A stretch of 64,000 nt of DNA. Origin: an uncultured Alphaproteobacteria bacterium (GTDB lineage Bacteria > Pseudomonadota > Alphaproteobacteria > Rhizobiales > Xanthobacteraceae). The DNA lies in contig CAVTCD010000003.1 of the NCBI GenBank assembly GCA_963733165.1, positions 147,516 through 211,515 on the forward strand, given 5' to 3'. A program made the translations under genes and the position numbers. Below, piece after piece: positions 28,777 to 39,124 of this stretch. Under the pieces are notes generated by a model, which was not told where the DNA came from, searched no databases, and worked only from the letters and a program-made list of their open reading frames with translations. Numbering within the stretch: position 1 is the first letter of the stretch; each line of letters begins with the position of its first letter.

Positions 28777-29983
28777 CCGGCCGTCCTCTCCGTCCGCTTC
28801 GGCGAACGCGCGCGGTTCAATTGGGCGCAAGCGCGGTCGAGCCGGGTCACGCCTTCGGCGATTTCCTGCTCGCTGATGATGAGCGGCGGCAGCAAGCGCA
28901 CGACGTTGTCGCCGGCGCCGACCGTGAGCATGTTCTCGGCGCGGGTCGCATCGACCAGCTCGGCGGCCGGAATGTGCATCCGCAAGCCGACCAAAAGCCC
29001 TTCGCCGCGCACTTCGGCGATCAGCGCCGGATAGCGGTCCTTGATCTCCGCCAGCCGCTGCTTGAACAGGATGCCGATCCGTTGGACGTGATCGAAGAAA
29101 CCCGGCGCCAACATCACGTCGAGCGTCGCATTCACCGCGCTCATTGCCAGCGGATTGCCGCCGAAGGTCGAGCCGTGGGTTCCGGCGGTCATGCCCTTGG
29201 CGGCCTCGTCGGTCGCCAGCACCGCGCCGACCGGAAAACCGCCGCCGAGCGCCTTGGCGAGCGACATGATGTCGGGTGCGACGCCGGCGCGCTGGTAGGC
29301 GAACAGCTCGCCGGTGCGGCCCATGCCGCTCTGCACCTCGTCGAACACAAGCATGAGACCGTGCGTATCGCACAGCTCGCGCAGCGCCCGCAGGAACGAC
29401 GGCTCGACGATGCGCACACCGCCCTCGCCCATCAAGGGTTCGATCATGATGGCGGCGGTTTCATTGCCGATGGCGCGTTTGACCGCATCGAGATCGCCGA
29501 ACGGAACCTGATCGAAGCCGTCGACGACGGGGCCGAAGCCGTCGAGATATTTCTTCTGCCCGCCGGCGGCCAAAGTCGCCAGCGTGCGGCCGTGGAACGC
29601 GCCTTCGAAGGTGACGATGCGGAACCGCTCCGGGTGCTCGTTTACCGCCTGGAACTTGCGCGCGGTCTTGATCGCGCCTTCCACCGCTTCGGCGCCGGAA
29701 TTGCAGAAGAACACTACGTCGGCGAAACTTGCCGCGCACAGCCGCGCCTGGCGGCACGCTCGGACTCCGGAATCTCATACAGGTTGGAGACGTGCCAGAG
29801 CTTCTGCGACTGCTCGGCAAGCGCGGCGACCAGATGCGGATGGGCGTGGCCCAGCGCGTTGACGGCGACGCCGGAGGTGAAATCGAGATAGCGCTCGCCG
29901 TCGGTCGCGATCAGCCATACGCCTTCGCCCCGCTCAAAGGCGAGGTGCACGCGCGCGAAAGTTCCCATCAAATGCGATGTCAC
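28773..29983 (-). pseudogene. argD: acetylornithine aminotransferase, interrupted by one -1 frameshift near 29750
   Basis: ORF 29714..29983 ([24 protein letters not shown]...[29 protein letters not shown]) and ORF 28773..29714 (FFCNSGAEAVEGAIKTARKF...) are colinear ArgD pieces. The second frame reads [19 protein letters not shown] just upstream of its first Met. Confidence 0.85.
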
Positions 29984-30353
29984 GGCTCAAACCCGCGAAC
30001 GCTGCGCTGTAACATTCCGCACAGCTAAAACGAAATGTGCCGCCTCTCCGGGCGGCACGGACACATATTCTATTTCCGTGCGGCTCACTGTCAACACACG
30101 ATAATTGCGCACCGCGAACCCCTTTTGTACCCAGTTCATCCACACGCAGCAGGAATGTGTGGACTCATTTTGGTCGAAGTCTTGCGCCAGACTCCGGGCG
30201 TATTGTAGCCTTTCCATTGCCAAGTACGACATTTCGTGCGGCGGACAGTCTTCTCAAGCGTCGGTGTTGAGTGCGTGTTGGGCGGCTACGCGCTGCCTGG
30301 CTCAATGGGGGATTCCCGAAAAGGGGGGACCGGACGTGCAAGGAGGATTGGGC

Positions 30354-30851
30354 ATGTCGTGGACTGACGAGCGGGTCGAGCTGCTCAAGAAGCTGTGGTC
30401 GGACGGCCTTTCGGCAAGTCAGATCGCGGCCGAACTCGGCGGCATCACCCGCAACGCGGTGATCGGCAAAGTGCATCGGCTCGGCCTGTCGGGCCGCGCC
30501 AAGAGCACGTCGAGCGCTTCGCCGCGCCCGCGCAAGACGCGTTCGCCGAACCACATGCTGCGCATCGGGCGGGCGTCGATCCGCGGCAATACCGCGCTGG
30601 CCCATGCCTACGATCTCGAAGCGGAAGCCGAGCCGGAGCTGATCGACAACATCATCCCGATCGGCCAGCGCCGCACCATTCTCGAGCTGAATGAACAAAC
30701 CTGCCGCTGGCCGGTCGGCGATCCCGGCAGCAGCGACTTCTTTTTCTGCGGCGGCAACACGCTCGCCGCGCTGCCTTATTGCGCCTATCACTCCCGCGTC
30801 GCCTATCAGCCGGCCAGCGATCGCCGGCGCGACAAGCGGCCGTTGCGATGA
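30354..30851 (+). CDS. gcrA: cell-cycle regulator GcrA
   Basis: ORF 30105..30851 taken from the internal MSWTDERVELLKKLWSDGLSASQIAAELGGITRNAVIGKVHRLGL. RBS AGGAGGA upstream, and a C-terminal CRWPVGDP...FCG...YC motif. Confidence 0.9.
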   Translation: MSWTDERVELLKKLWSDGLSASQIAAELGGITRNAVIGKVHRLGLSGRAKSTSSASPRPRKTRSPNHMLRIGRASIRGNTALAHAYDLEAEAEPELIDNIIPIGQRRTILELNEQTCRWPVGDPGSSDFFFCGGNTLAALPYCAYHSRVAYQPASDRRRDKRPLR

Positions 30852-30852
30852 T

Positions 30853-30883
30853 GTCATGCCCCGCGCAGGCGGGGCATCCAGTA
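30853..30883. repeat. REP-type palindromic unit
   Basis: GTCATGCCCCGCGCAGGCGGGGCATCCAGTA, with stem ATGCCCCGC/GCGGGGCAT. Confidence 0.75.
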
Positions 30884-30920
30884 AACACCGCGCCTTCAGG
30901 CCAATACCTACTTCGTCGAA

Positions 30921-30951
30921 TACTGGATCATCCGCCTTCGCGGATCATGAC
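30921..30951. repeat. REP-type palindromic unit, inverted relative to 30853..30883
   Basis: TACTGGATCATCCGCCTTCGCGGATCATGAC. Its reverse complement differs from the unit at 40041 by one base by eye. Confidence 0.75.
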
Positions 30952-30960
30952 GGCGCGCGA

Positions 30961-31662
30961 TCAGCTCGCCTTGCCGAACCGGTCGTCGAGCGAATAGCCC
31001 GCACCGCGCACGGTGCGGATCGGATCGGTGGCGTGGCCGCGGTTGAGCGCCTTGCGCAGGCGGCCGACATGAACGTCGACCGTGCGTTCGTCGATATAGA
31101 CGTCGCTGCCCCACACGCCGTCGAGCAATTGCTCACGCGAGAACACGCGGCCCGGCCGTTCCATCAGGAATTCGAGCAGGCGAAACTCGGTCGGCCCGAG
31201 ATCGACCGGGCGGGTTGAGCGCGAAACGCGCTTCTTCTCGCGATCGAGTTCGAGGTCGCCGATGGTCAGCACCATGGCGACGCGTTCGGGACTGGCCCGG
31301 CGAAGGAGCGCGCGAACCCGCGCCAACAGTTCCGGCACCGAGAACGGCTTGACGATGTAATCGTCGGCGCCGGTGGCAAGCCCGCGCACGCGCTCGCTCT
31401 CCTCGCCGCGCGCGGTGAGCATGATGATCGGCAGCGATTGGGTTTGCGGCCGCGCCCGCAGCCGCCGGCACAATTCGATGCCGGACAGACCGGGCAGCAT
31501 CCAGTCGAGCACCACGAGATCCGGCGCGGTTTCCTTGAGCCGCGTGTCGGCTTCGTCGCCCCGGGTGACGGCGTCGACTTCGTAGCCTTCGGCCTCGAGA
31601 TTGTAGCGCAGCAACGTGGTCAGCGGCTCTTCGTCTTCCACGATCAGGATGTTGGCTCCCAT
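30961..31662 (-). CDS. phoB: phosphate regulon response regulator PhoB
   Basis: ORF track, 233 aa. Receiver domain with LVVLDWMLPG plus an OmpR-type winged helix. Confidence 0.92.
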   Translation of the reverse strand: MGANILIVEDEEPLTTLLRYNLEAEGYEVDAVTRGDEADTRLKETAPDLVVLDWMLPGLSGIELCRRLRARPQTQSLPIIMLTARGEESERVRGLATGADDYIVKPFSVPELLARVRALLRRASPERVAMVLTIGDLELDREKKRVSRSTRPVDLGPTEFRLLEFLMERPGRVFSREQLLDGVWGSDVYIDERTVDVHVGRLRKALNRGHATDPIRTVRGAGYSLDDRFGKAS

Positions 31663-31686
31663 CCCGGTCTCCTGTTTTGTCAGCGG

Positions 31687-32433
31687 CTATTTCTTCAACA
31701 ACCCTGGCGGAAAACTCGTGGTGTCACCTTTCGGACGCTGATCGGTAATCGGACGGCCTTCCGCCATGTAATAGACAGTTTCGGCGATGTTAGTGGCGTG
31801 GTCGCCGATCCGCTCGATGTCCTTGGCGCAGAACATCAGATGCATGCAGAAGGTGATGTTGCGCGGGTCCTCCATCATATAGGTGAGGAGCTCGCGGAAC
31901 AGCGAGGTGCACATCGAGTCGACTTCTTCGTCGCCGTTCCAGACCGCCAGCGCGGCCTGCAAATCGCGGCTGGCATAGGCGTCCAGCACCTGCTTGAGCT
32001 GCGCCAGCACCAGCGCCGACATGTGTTCCACGCCGCGAATGAGCTTCTGCGGGTAAAAATCTCCATCGAGCGCGACGACGCGCTTGCCGATATGCTTGGC
32101 GTGGTCGCCGATGCGCTCGAGGTCGTTGGCGACGCGCATGGCGCCGATGATATCGCGCAGGTCGATCGCCATCGGCTGGCGGCGGGCGATGGTGAGGATG
32201 GCTTTTTCTTCGACTTCGCGCTGCAGGGCGTCGATCGAGGGATCGAGCGAGATGACACGCTCGCCGAGCTCGACGTCGCGCTCGACCAGCGCCTGGACGG
32301 CATCGGAAATCTGGCGTTCCGCAAGGCCTCCCATTTCGGCGACCTTGCGGGTGATCTCCTGCAGATCGGTATCGAACGCTTTGGCGGTGTGGTCGATTCT
32401 GGTGGTGGTGCCGATTTCTGTCATTGTTTTCAC
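31687..32433 (-). CDS. phoU: phosphate signalling complex protein PhoU
   Basis: ORF track, 248 aa. Two PhoU repeats (DLERIGDHA and DIERIGDHA). Confidence 0.92.
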   Translation of the reverse strand: MKTMTEIGTTTRIDHTAKAFDTDLQEITRKVAEMGGLAERQISDAVQALVERDVELGERVISLDPSIDALQREVEEKAILTIARRQPMAIDLRDIIGAMRVANDLERIGDHAKHIGKRVVALDGDFYPQKLIRGVEHMSALVLAQLKQVLDAYASRDLQAALAVWNGDEEVDSMCTSLFRELLTYMMEDPRNITFCMHLMFCAKDIERIGDHATNIAETVYYMAEGRPITDQRPKGDTTSFPPGLLKK

Positions 32434-32453
32434 CTGGTATTTCTATTCGGCGC

Positions 32454-33275
32454 TTATCCGAAGCGGCCGGTGATGTAGTCCTGCGTGCGTTGATCGTGCG
32501 GCGCGGTGAACATTTTGCTGGTCGAATCGAATTCGATCAGTTCACCGAGATACATGAAGGCGGTGAATTCCGATACGCGGGCGGCCTGCTGCATGTTGTG
32601 GGTGACGATCACGATCGTATAGTCGGCGGTCAGCTCGTCGATCAGTTCCTCGATCTTGGCGGTCGAGATCGGATCGAGCGCCGAGCAGGGCTCATCGAAC
32701 AGGATGACTTCGGGGCGCACCGAGACGGTGCGGGCGATGCACAGCCGCTGCTGCTGGCCGCCCGAAAGGCTTTGGCCGTTAGCGTTGAGCTTGTCCTTCA
32801 CCTCTTCCCACAGAGCGGCGCGGCGGAGCGCAGTCTCGACCCGGCCGTCGAGCTCGGATTTCGACAGCTTCTCATAGAGCCTGATGCCGAACGCGATATT
32901 CTCGTAAATCGACATCGGAAACGGCGTCGGCTTCTGGAACACCATGCCGATGCGCGCGCGCAACAGATTGAGGTCCTGCTTCGGCGACAGGATGTTGCCG
33001 CCATCGAACAGGACTTCGCCGGTGGCGTGCTGATGCGGATAGAGGTCGTACATGCGGTTGAGCACCCGCAGCAAAGTGGATTTGCCGCAACCCGACGGGC
33101 CGATGAAGGCGGTCACCTTGTTCTCGTAGAGCGGCAGGCTGATCGATTTAAGCGCCCTCGCCTCGCCATAGAAGAAATCGAGATCGCGGATCGTGACTTT
33201 CTCGGCCAAGCCCACCTGATCCGTTGGCGCATGGTTGACGGCGGGAACCGAAACTGAAGCAACGCTCATGTTCAT
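32454..33275 (-). CDS. pstB: phosphate ABC transporter ATP-binding protein
   Basis: ORF 32454..33374 taken from the internal MNMSVASV, whose ATG overlaps the pstA stop. Walker [10 protein letters not shown] and signature LSGGQQQRL. Confidence 0.92.
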   Translation of the reverse strand: MNMSVASVSVPAVNHAPTDQVGLAEKVTIRDLDFFYGEARALKSISLPLYENKVTAFIGPSGCGKSTLLRVLNRMYDLYPHQHATGEVLFDGGNILSPKQDLNLLRARIGMVFQKPTPFPMSIYENIAFGIRLYEKLSKSELDGRVETALRRAALWEEVKDKLNANGQSLSGGQQQRLCIARTVSVRPEVILFDEPCSALDPISTAKIEELIDELTADYTIVIVTHNMQQAARVSEFTAFMYLGELIEFDSTSKMFTAPHDQRTQDYITGRFG

Positions 33276-34129
33276 GACTGTTTTCCCGATGGGACGAGGG
33301 TCCGTGCGGTTATGCTTAAAGCCAGCACCGCCAGCGTGATGATGAGGGCGCCGGTCCAGGCCAGATCCTGCCAATCCTTGTAGGGGCTGAGCGCGAACTG
33401 GAAGATGACGACCGGCAGGCTGGAGATCGGCTGGTTAAGGTCGGTGCTCCAGAACTGGTTGTTGAGCGAAGTAAATAGAAGCGGCGCGGTTTCGCCGCTG
33501 ATTCGGGCGACCGCCAGCAGCACGCCCGTCATCATGCCGGCACGCGCCGCGCGATAGCAGATGCGTGTGATCGACATCGAGCGCGGCAAGCCAATAGAGG
33601 TCGCGGCCTCGCGGAGCGCATTCGGCACCAGGGTGAGCATGTCCTCGGTCGTGCGCACCACCACTGGGATGACCAGCACGGCCAGCGCGACACCGCCGGC
33701 GTAACCGGAGAAATGCCCGAGCGGCGCGACCATGACTTCATATATGAACAGGCCGACGACGATGGAAGGCGCGCTCAACAGGATGTCGTTGATGAAGCGC
33801 ACCACACTGGTCAATTTGTCGTGGCGGCCGTATTCGGCCATGTAAGTGCCGGCGAGGACGCCGATCGGCGTGCCGATCAGGACGGCGAGGGTTGTCAGCA
33901 CCAAGCTGCCGAAAATGGGATTGAGCAGGCCTCCGGTCGAACCGGGCGGCGGCGTCATCTGCGTGAACACCGCGACGGACAGACCGGAAAAGCCCTTCCA
34001 CAACAGCGCGCCCAGGATCAGCACCAGCCAACCGAGGCCGAATGCGGTCGCGGCGAAGGCCAACACCGTTGCGATTGCGTCGCCGCGGCGGCGGCCGGAA
34101 TAGCGAGACGGCAGGATCTTCTCCGGCAT
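33272..34129 (-). CDS. pstA: phosphate ABC transporter permease PstA
   Basis: ORF track, 285 aa. EAA-loop region [13 protein letters not shown]. Confidence 0.9.
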   Translation of the reverse strand: MPEKILPSRYSGRRRGDAIATVLAFAATAFGLGWLVLILGALLWKGFSGLSVAVFTQMTPPPGSTGGLLNPIFGSLVLTTLAVLIGTPIGVLAGTYMAEYGRHDKLTSVVRFINDILLSAPSIVVGLFIYEVMVAPLGHFSGYAGGVALAVLVIPVVVRTTEDMLTLVPNALREAATSIGLPRSMSITRICYRAARAGMMTGVLLAVARISGETAPLLFTSLNNQFWSTDLNQPISSLPVVIFQFALSPYKDWQDLAWTGALIITLAVLALSITARTLVPSGKQS

Positions 34130-34133
34130 GGCT

Positions 34134-35150
34134 TCACCCGATCCGGCGTTCGATGCGCATCAGCATGAAACGCGCAATGGCGAGCACAATGAAAGTAATG
34201 ACGAACAGGATCAGGCCAAGCTCGATCAGCGCCGAGGTGTACAAATCGCCCACCGCTTCGTTGAATTCGTTGGCGATGGTGGCGGAAATGGTGGTGCCGG
34301 GCGCCAGCACCGAGGCGGAGATGCGGTGCGCGTTGCCGATGACGAAGGTCACCGCCATGGTTTCGCCGAGCGCGCGGCCGAGCCCCAGCATAATCCCGCC
34401 GAGGACGCCGACCCGCGTATAGGGCAGCACCACATTGCGCACCACTTCCCACCGCGTGCAGCCAAGACCATAGGCCGCTTCCTTGAGCACGGCGGGCACC
34501 GCCTCGAAGACGTCGCGCGTGATCGAAGTTACGAACGGCAGCACCATGATGGCGAGGATCAATCCCGAGGTCAGCACGCCGATGCCGTAAGGGGGGCCGG
34601 CAAACAGCGAGCCTATTCCGGGCACATTGCCGAGCGTATTGATCAGGAACGGCTGCAACGTCGCCTGCAGGAACGGAGCAAACATGAACAGGCCCCAGAT
34701 GCCGTAGATGATGCTGGGGATGCCGGCGAGCAATTCGATCGCGGTGCCGATCGGCCGCCGCAGCCATTGCGGGCACAGCTCGGTAAGAAAGAAAGCAATC
34801 ATCAAGCCGACCGGAACCGCGATCAGCATGGCGATGAACGACGTCAGAATGGTGCCGTAGATCGCCGGTAGCGCGCCGAAATTCTCGGTGACGGGGTTCC
34901 AGCGCTCGCTGGTGAGGAAGCCAAAACCGAATGTTCTGATCGCCGGGATCGAGCCCTGGATCAGCGAGATGATGACGCCGCTTAACAACAGCAGCACGCC
35001 GATAGCTGCAGCGCGGGTCAGGTGGCGGAATACCGCGTCGCCAAACCGCAGCCGATCGAGGACCTTCATGCGCGGGGTGGCCCCGGCCGAGATCGCCATT
35101 CGGCTAGACAACGCTACATCGGCCACTGACTGCCTCCGCGCAGTTTGCAT
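34134..35150 (-). CDS. pstC: phosphate ABC transporter permease PstC
   Basis: ORF track, 338 aa. Contains [14 protein letters not shown]. Confidence 0.88.
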   Translation of the reverse strand: MQTARRQSVADVALSSRMAISAGATPRMKVLDRLRFGDAVFRHLTRAAAIGVLLLLSGVIISLIQGSIPAIRTFGFGFLTSERWNPVTENFGALPAIYGTILTSFIAMLIAVPVGLMIAFFLTELCPQWLRRPIGTAIELLAGIPSIIYGIWGLFMFAPFLQATLQPFLINTLGNVPGIGSLFAGPPYGIGVLTSGLILAIMVLPFVTSITRDVFEAVPAVLKEAAYGLGCTRWEVVRNVVLPYTRVGVLGGIMLGLGRALGETMAVTFVIGNAHRISASVLAPGTTISATIANEFNEAVGDLYTSALIELGLILFVITFIVLAIARFMLMRIERRIG

Positions 35151-35281
35151 CGGCTCTCCTTTGCGGTTCGCGCCGGAGAGCTAATCAAGGGATTTTTGGG
35201 CCGTTAGACAAGGCGCTATCGGTGACGCGGTGCAAAAGAGAAAAAGGCGCCTTTTGAGGCGCCTTTTCCCGCATGCGTGGA

Positions 35282-36316
35282 TCAATAGACCGGCTTGCCG
35301 TCGGAACCTTTGATCTTGTCCTTCCAGGTCTTCTCGATCAAAGCGACGACGCCATCCGGCATCGGCACGTAGTCGAGATCGGACGCCATCTGCTTGCCGT
35401 TCTTGTAGCCCCAGGCGAAGAACTTCAGCGCTTCGCTCGACGCGACGGGATCCTGCGGGGACGTCTCCATCAGAATGAAGGTCGATCCGGCAACCGGCCA
35501 CGACTTGTCGCCGGCCGCGTCGGTCAGGATGACGCGGAAATTCGGCGCACTGGTCCAATCGGCGCCGGCGGCGGCGGATTGGAACGCCTCCATTGTCGGG
35601 GCGACGGTCTTGCCGGCGTGATTGACCATCTTGGCATAGGTCAGGTTGTTCTGCTTGGCGTAGGCGTATTCGACATAGCCGAGCGAACCGACGGTCTGCG
35701 CGGTGTTGTTGGCAACACCCTCGCTGCCTTTGGCGCCGATGCCGACCGGCCATTCGACGGCGGTGTCGGAGCCGACTTTGGACTTCCAGTCCGCACTGAC
35801 CTTGGACAGATAGTCGGTCCAGATGAAGGTGGTGCCGGAACCGTCGGAGCGATGCACGACCGCGATCGCGGTGTCGGGCAGAGTGACGCCGGGATTGAGT
35901 TTGGCGATCACCGGATCGTTCCACTTGGTGATGTTGCCGAGGAAGATCTGGGCGATGGTCGGACCGTCGAGCGTGACCTCACCCGGCTTGATACCCGGCA
36001 GGTTCATAATCGGGACGACGGCGCCGTTGATAACCGGAAACTGCACGAAATTGTTCTTGGCAACGTCGTCCGGCACCATCGGCTTGTCGGTGGCGCCGAA
36101 GGTCACGGTCTTCGCGATGATCTGCTTGATGCCGCCGCCCGAGCCGATCGACTGATAGTTCAGTCCGACGCCGGTGTCTTTTCTGTACTGGTCCGCCCAT
36201 TTGGCGAGCACTGGATAGACGAAGGTCGAGCCGGCGCCGGTAATGTCGGCGGCGGCGGCGGGAAGAACCGTCGCGGCCAGCAAGCTGGCGACGGCTATGG
36301 ATGTCAGATGTTTCAC
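35282..36316 (-). CDS. pstS: phosphate ABC transporter substrate-binding protein PstS
   Basis: ORF 35282..36367. The start is set to GTG 36316 ([32 protein letters not shown]), with AGGAG 8 nt upstream. Confidence 0.88.
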   Translation of the reverse strand: MKHLTSIAVASLLAATVLPAAAADITGAGSTFVYPVLAKWADQYRKDTGVGLNYQSIGSGGGIKQIIAKTVTFGATDKPMVPDDVAKNNFVQFPVINGAVVPIMNLPGIKPGEVTLDGPTIAQIFLGNITKWNDPVIAKLNPGVTLPDTAIAVVHRSDGSGTTFIWTDYLSKVSADWKSKVGSDTAVEWPVGIGAKGSEGVANNTAQTVGSLGYVEYAYAKQNNLTYAKMVNHAGKTVAPTMEAFQSAAAGADWTSAPNFRVILTDAAGDKSWPVAGSTFILMETSPQDPVASSEALKFFAWGYKNGKQMASDLDYVPMPDGVVALIEKTWKDKIKGSDGKPVY

Positions 36317-36533
36317 GTCATCATCTCCTGTGAGTGGAATTCCGGACGACCCAACTGGCCGTCCCAAATTCCGAGAAAAGTTGCGAACGATGTCGGCTTA
36401 ACGTCCCCGTTTGGGCGCTTCGGTTCCGTCCGCTGTTGTTCAGAAAACGCGCTGCATCAGGAATTGCCCCTGCCAGGCGGACCCGCAGCGCAGGCATGGT
36501 TAGGTTTGGCACGTAACCGTTCTATGAGCGGCG

Positions 36534-36551
36534 CATGACAATGAGATGACA
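36534..36551 (-). promoter_or_regulatory. Pho box (PhoB binding site) upstream of pstS
   Basis: The minus strand reads CTGTCAT-CTCA-TTGTCAT: two 7-nt direct repeats with a 4-nt spacer, about 220 nt upstream of the pstS start. Confidence 0.6.
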
Positions 36552-36577
36552 GCGCAAGTCACTGAGTAAACAGCGAT

Positions 36578-37858
36578 TTATCGCTGATGCGCGGCAACCG
36601 CGGTGGGCAGGTGAATGGTGAAAGTGGCGCCGGCTCCGGGCGCGCTGTCGATGGTCAAGCGTCCGCGATGGCGGTTGAGGATGTGCTTGACCAGAGCAAG
36701 GCCGAGACCGGTGCCGCCTTGGGCACGGCTTTCGGTGACGTCCACCCGATAGAAGCGCTCGGTCAGCCGCGGCAGGTGTTCGGGCGAGATGCCGGGGCCG
36801 TAATCGCGCACGCTGACCAAGGCTTCCGGCTCGCCGTCGGCCGAGGTTCCAAGCCCGAGCTTGATATCGACGCGCCGGCCGGCGGCGCCGTATTTGAGCG
36901 CGTTCTCGACCAGATTCTCGAAAATGCGAACCAGCTCGTCATGGTCGCCGAGCACGGTGAGCGCGCTCGCCGCCTCGATATTGACGGCGACGCCGCGATC
37001 GCGCGCCAGTGTTTCCAGCCCGTCGACGACCTGGCGCACGATCGGCACCAGATCGACCGGCGTGTCGGGACGGCGATGCGCGTTGAGCTCGATGCGCGAC
37101 AATGACAACAGATCGTCGATCAGCCGCGCCATGCGCCGCGCCTGTTCCTGCATGATGGCGAGGAAGCGTTCGCGCGCTTTCGGATCTTCGCGCGCCGAGC
37201 CCTGCAAGGTCTCGATGAAGCCGAGCAGGGCGGCGAGCGGCGTCCGCAATTCGTGGCTGGCATTGGCGACGAAGTCGGCGCGCATTTCCTCGACCCGGCG
37301 CAGCGGTGTCAGATCGTGGAATGTCATCAGCACCAGATCGGGCTGCGTCGCATTCGGCTCGCGTTTGACCGGCATGACGACGGTTTCGTACCAGCGATCC
37401 ATCGGCACGCGCTCGAAATAGACGACGCGCTGCTCCTCGCCCGTCATGGCGCGGCCGATGGCCTCGATCAGGTCGGGCATGCGCAGCGCGAAGGAAACCG
37501 GCTCACCTTGCCGCAGCGCCGGCGCCAGCGCGCGGGCGCGCTCGTTGAGCGCCAGCACGCGGCCGTCGCGGTCGAGCGCAACGACCGGATCCGGCAGGCC
37601 GGCGACAAGCGCGCGCAGCAGATCGTCGCCACGCTCGGAAATAGCGATCGGCTGGGCGAGACGAATATCCTCTTTGCCGGAACGTACCGCGAGCGCGGCG
37701 GCGGCGGCGACAATGGCGAAGCCCGAGGCGGCATAGGCGATGGGCAGCATTCCGGCCATCGTCAGCACGGCGAACACGATAGCCGCGGCGCCGATCACAA
37801 GCCCGCCGCCGCGCCAGCGCCTGGCGGCAGTGAGCGCGCGATCTTCGGCCAGGCTCAT
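36578..37858 (-). CDS. phoR: phosphate regulon sensor histidine kinase PhoR
   Basis: ORF track, 426 aa. TM, PAS, H-box FVANASHELRTPL, and GTGLGLALVKH. Confidence 0.9.
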   Translation of the reverse strand: MSLAEDRALTAARRWRGGGLVIGAAAIVFAVLTMAGMLPIAYAASGFAIVAAAAALAVRSGKEDIRLAQPIAISERGDDLLRALVAGLPDPVVALDRDGRVLALNERARALAPALRQGEPVSFALRMPDLIEAIGRAMTGEEQRVVYFERVPMDRWYETVVMPVKREPNATQPDLVLMTFHDLTPLRRVEEMRADFVANASHELRTPLAALLGFIETLQGSAREDPKARERFLAIMQEQARRMARLIDDLLSLSRIELNAHRRPDTPVDLVPIVRQVVDGLETLARDRGVAVNIEAASALTVLGDHDELVRIFENLVENALKYGAAGRRVDIKLGLGTSADGEPEALVSVRDYGPGISPEHLPRLTERFYRVDVTESRAQGGTGLGLALVKHILNRHRGRLTIDSAPGAGATFTIHLPTAVAAHQR

Positions 37859-37888
37859 AAGCCCTCCCGCACCGCGTCGCGCGGCGCG

Positions 37889-38966
37889 TCACGATATGTC
37901 CGATTTTTCCCGAATCCGCGCATTGACGGTGCTCATCGGCGCCGACGCCGCTTGAGATATGCGACGCGCGGCGCGGCCGAGCAAGGCCTCGCGAATTCCA
38001 AGCACGCCGAGCGCGAGCACCCAGGGGAATAATGTAATACAGCAGGCGAAACAGCAGCAGGCCGGCCAGCAGGTCTTCCTTGTCGAACTGCCAGAGCGCC
38101 ACCATCATGGTGGCGTCGAATACGCCAAGTCCGCCGGGCGCGTGGCTGGCAAAACCGAGCAGTGTCGCGGCGACAAAAATCACGGCCACGGTGGCAAAGC
38201 CGAGATTCGGCTCGTCCGGCATCAGCATGTACATGGCGGCGGCGCAGCAGCACAGATCGACGATGCCGATCGCGATCTGAATGAGCGTCGACGGGCCGCC
38301 AGGCAGCGTCACCTGCCAGCCCTCGCGGCCGATGACGCGCGGCTTGACCCAGACCCAAGCCACATAACCGGCGAGCATGCCGAGGATCACCAGCGCCAGC
38401 ACGCGATTGCACCACAGCGGCAATTGATCGAGCGCGCGCGCCGCTTGCGGAGCATCGAGAATGCCCAAACCCAGCACGGTGGCGTTGCCGAGCCAGAAGG
38501 TCAGCCCGGCGATGAAGCAGATCTTGGTGACCTCGATGACGGAAAGGCCCCAGCTGGAATAGATGCGGTAGCGCACCGCACCGCCGGAAAAGACGCTGGC
38601 GCCGACATTGTGGCCGATGGCGTAGCTGGTGAATCCCGCCAGTGCGGCGATGCGATATGGCACCTCGGAACGGCCGATCGCGCGCAGCGCGAACAGGTCG
38701 TAGAACGTCAGCGTCAGATAGCCGGCGGCGACGAACAATCCGGCAAAAATGAGCGTCGGCCAATCGGTCGCTTCCAGCGCGTCGATCAGCGCGTCGGGAT
38801 CGATGTCGCGCAGGATGCGGTAAAGCACCACCGCGGCGACCGCGATGATGGTCAGGCTGAGCGCGACGCCGATCCGGCTCCAGCCGATCTTGCGGCCGAA
38901 AAAATGCGCGGTCCCGCGCAGCTTCTTCAACATACCGCGTTCCGGACCGGCCGCTTGCGCATCCAT
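37889..38966 (-). pseudogene. flippase-like / lysylphosphatidylglycerol-synthase TM-region (UPF0104) membrane protein with a +1 frameshift near 38020
   Basis: ORF 37503..39404 taken from MDAQAAGPERGMLKKLRG. The multi-TM body ends ...LLFRLLYYIIPL and then runs as Arg-rich junk through phoR. The +1 frame reads VLALGVLGIREALLGRAARRISQAASAPMSTVNARIREKSDIS and stops at TGA 37889..37891, 30 nt before the phoR start. Confidence 0.7.
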
Positions 38967-39124
38967 AGAGAGAACTCGTTCCGTCCCGCCAGCGTGAACC
39001 GGCTCCCAGTAGCAGATGTCGTGCGCCGGGGCGAGAGCGCAAAGCCATTTCCGCTTGCGCGATGTTTGGCCACACCCTGTCGGCCGGGCGCTGCCGCGGA
39101 TTGCTCCTGTTGCGCCGCACACAG

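Noticed and set aside
27847-29373. N-terminally extended ORFs: argF 508 aa, ctaB 500 aa, ctaC 372 aa, UbiD 547 aa, TctC 462 aa, pstB 306 aa, hslO 378 aa.
   Set aside because: The extensions overlap the upstream gene and are junk-like. Internal starts give family-typical N-termini and often overlap the upstream stop.
30037-30058. GC hairpin GTGCCGCC-TCTCCG-GGCGGCAC in the 370-nt region between argD and gcrA. It could be an sRNA terminator on the minus strand, where it is followed by ATTTCGTTTTA.
   Set aside because: There is no upstream minus-strand gene to terminate and the U-tract is interrupted. Without expression data this is too speculative to call.
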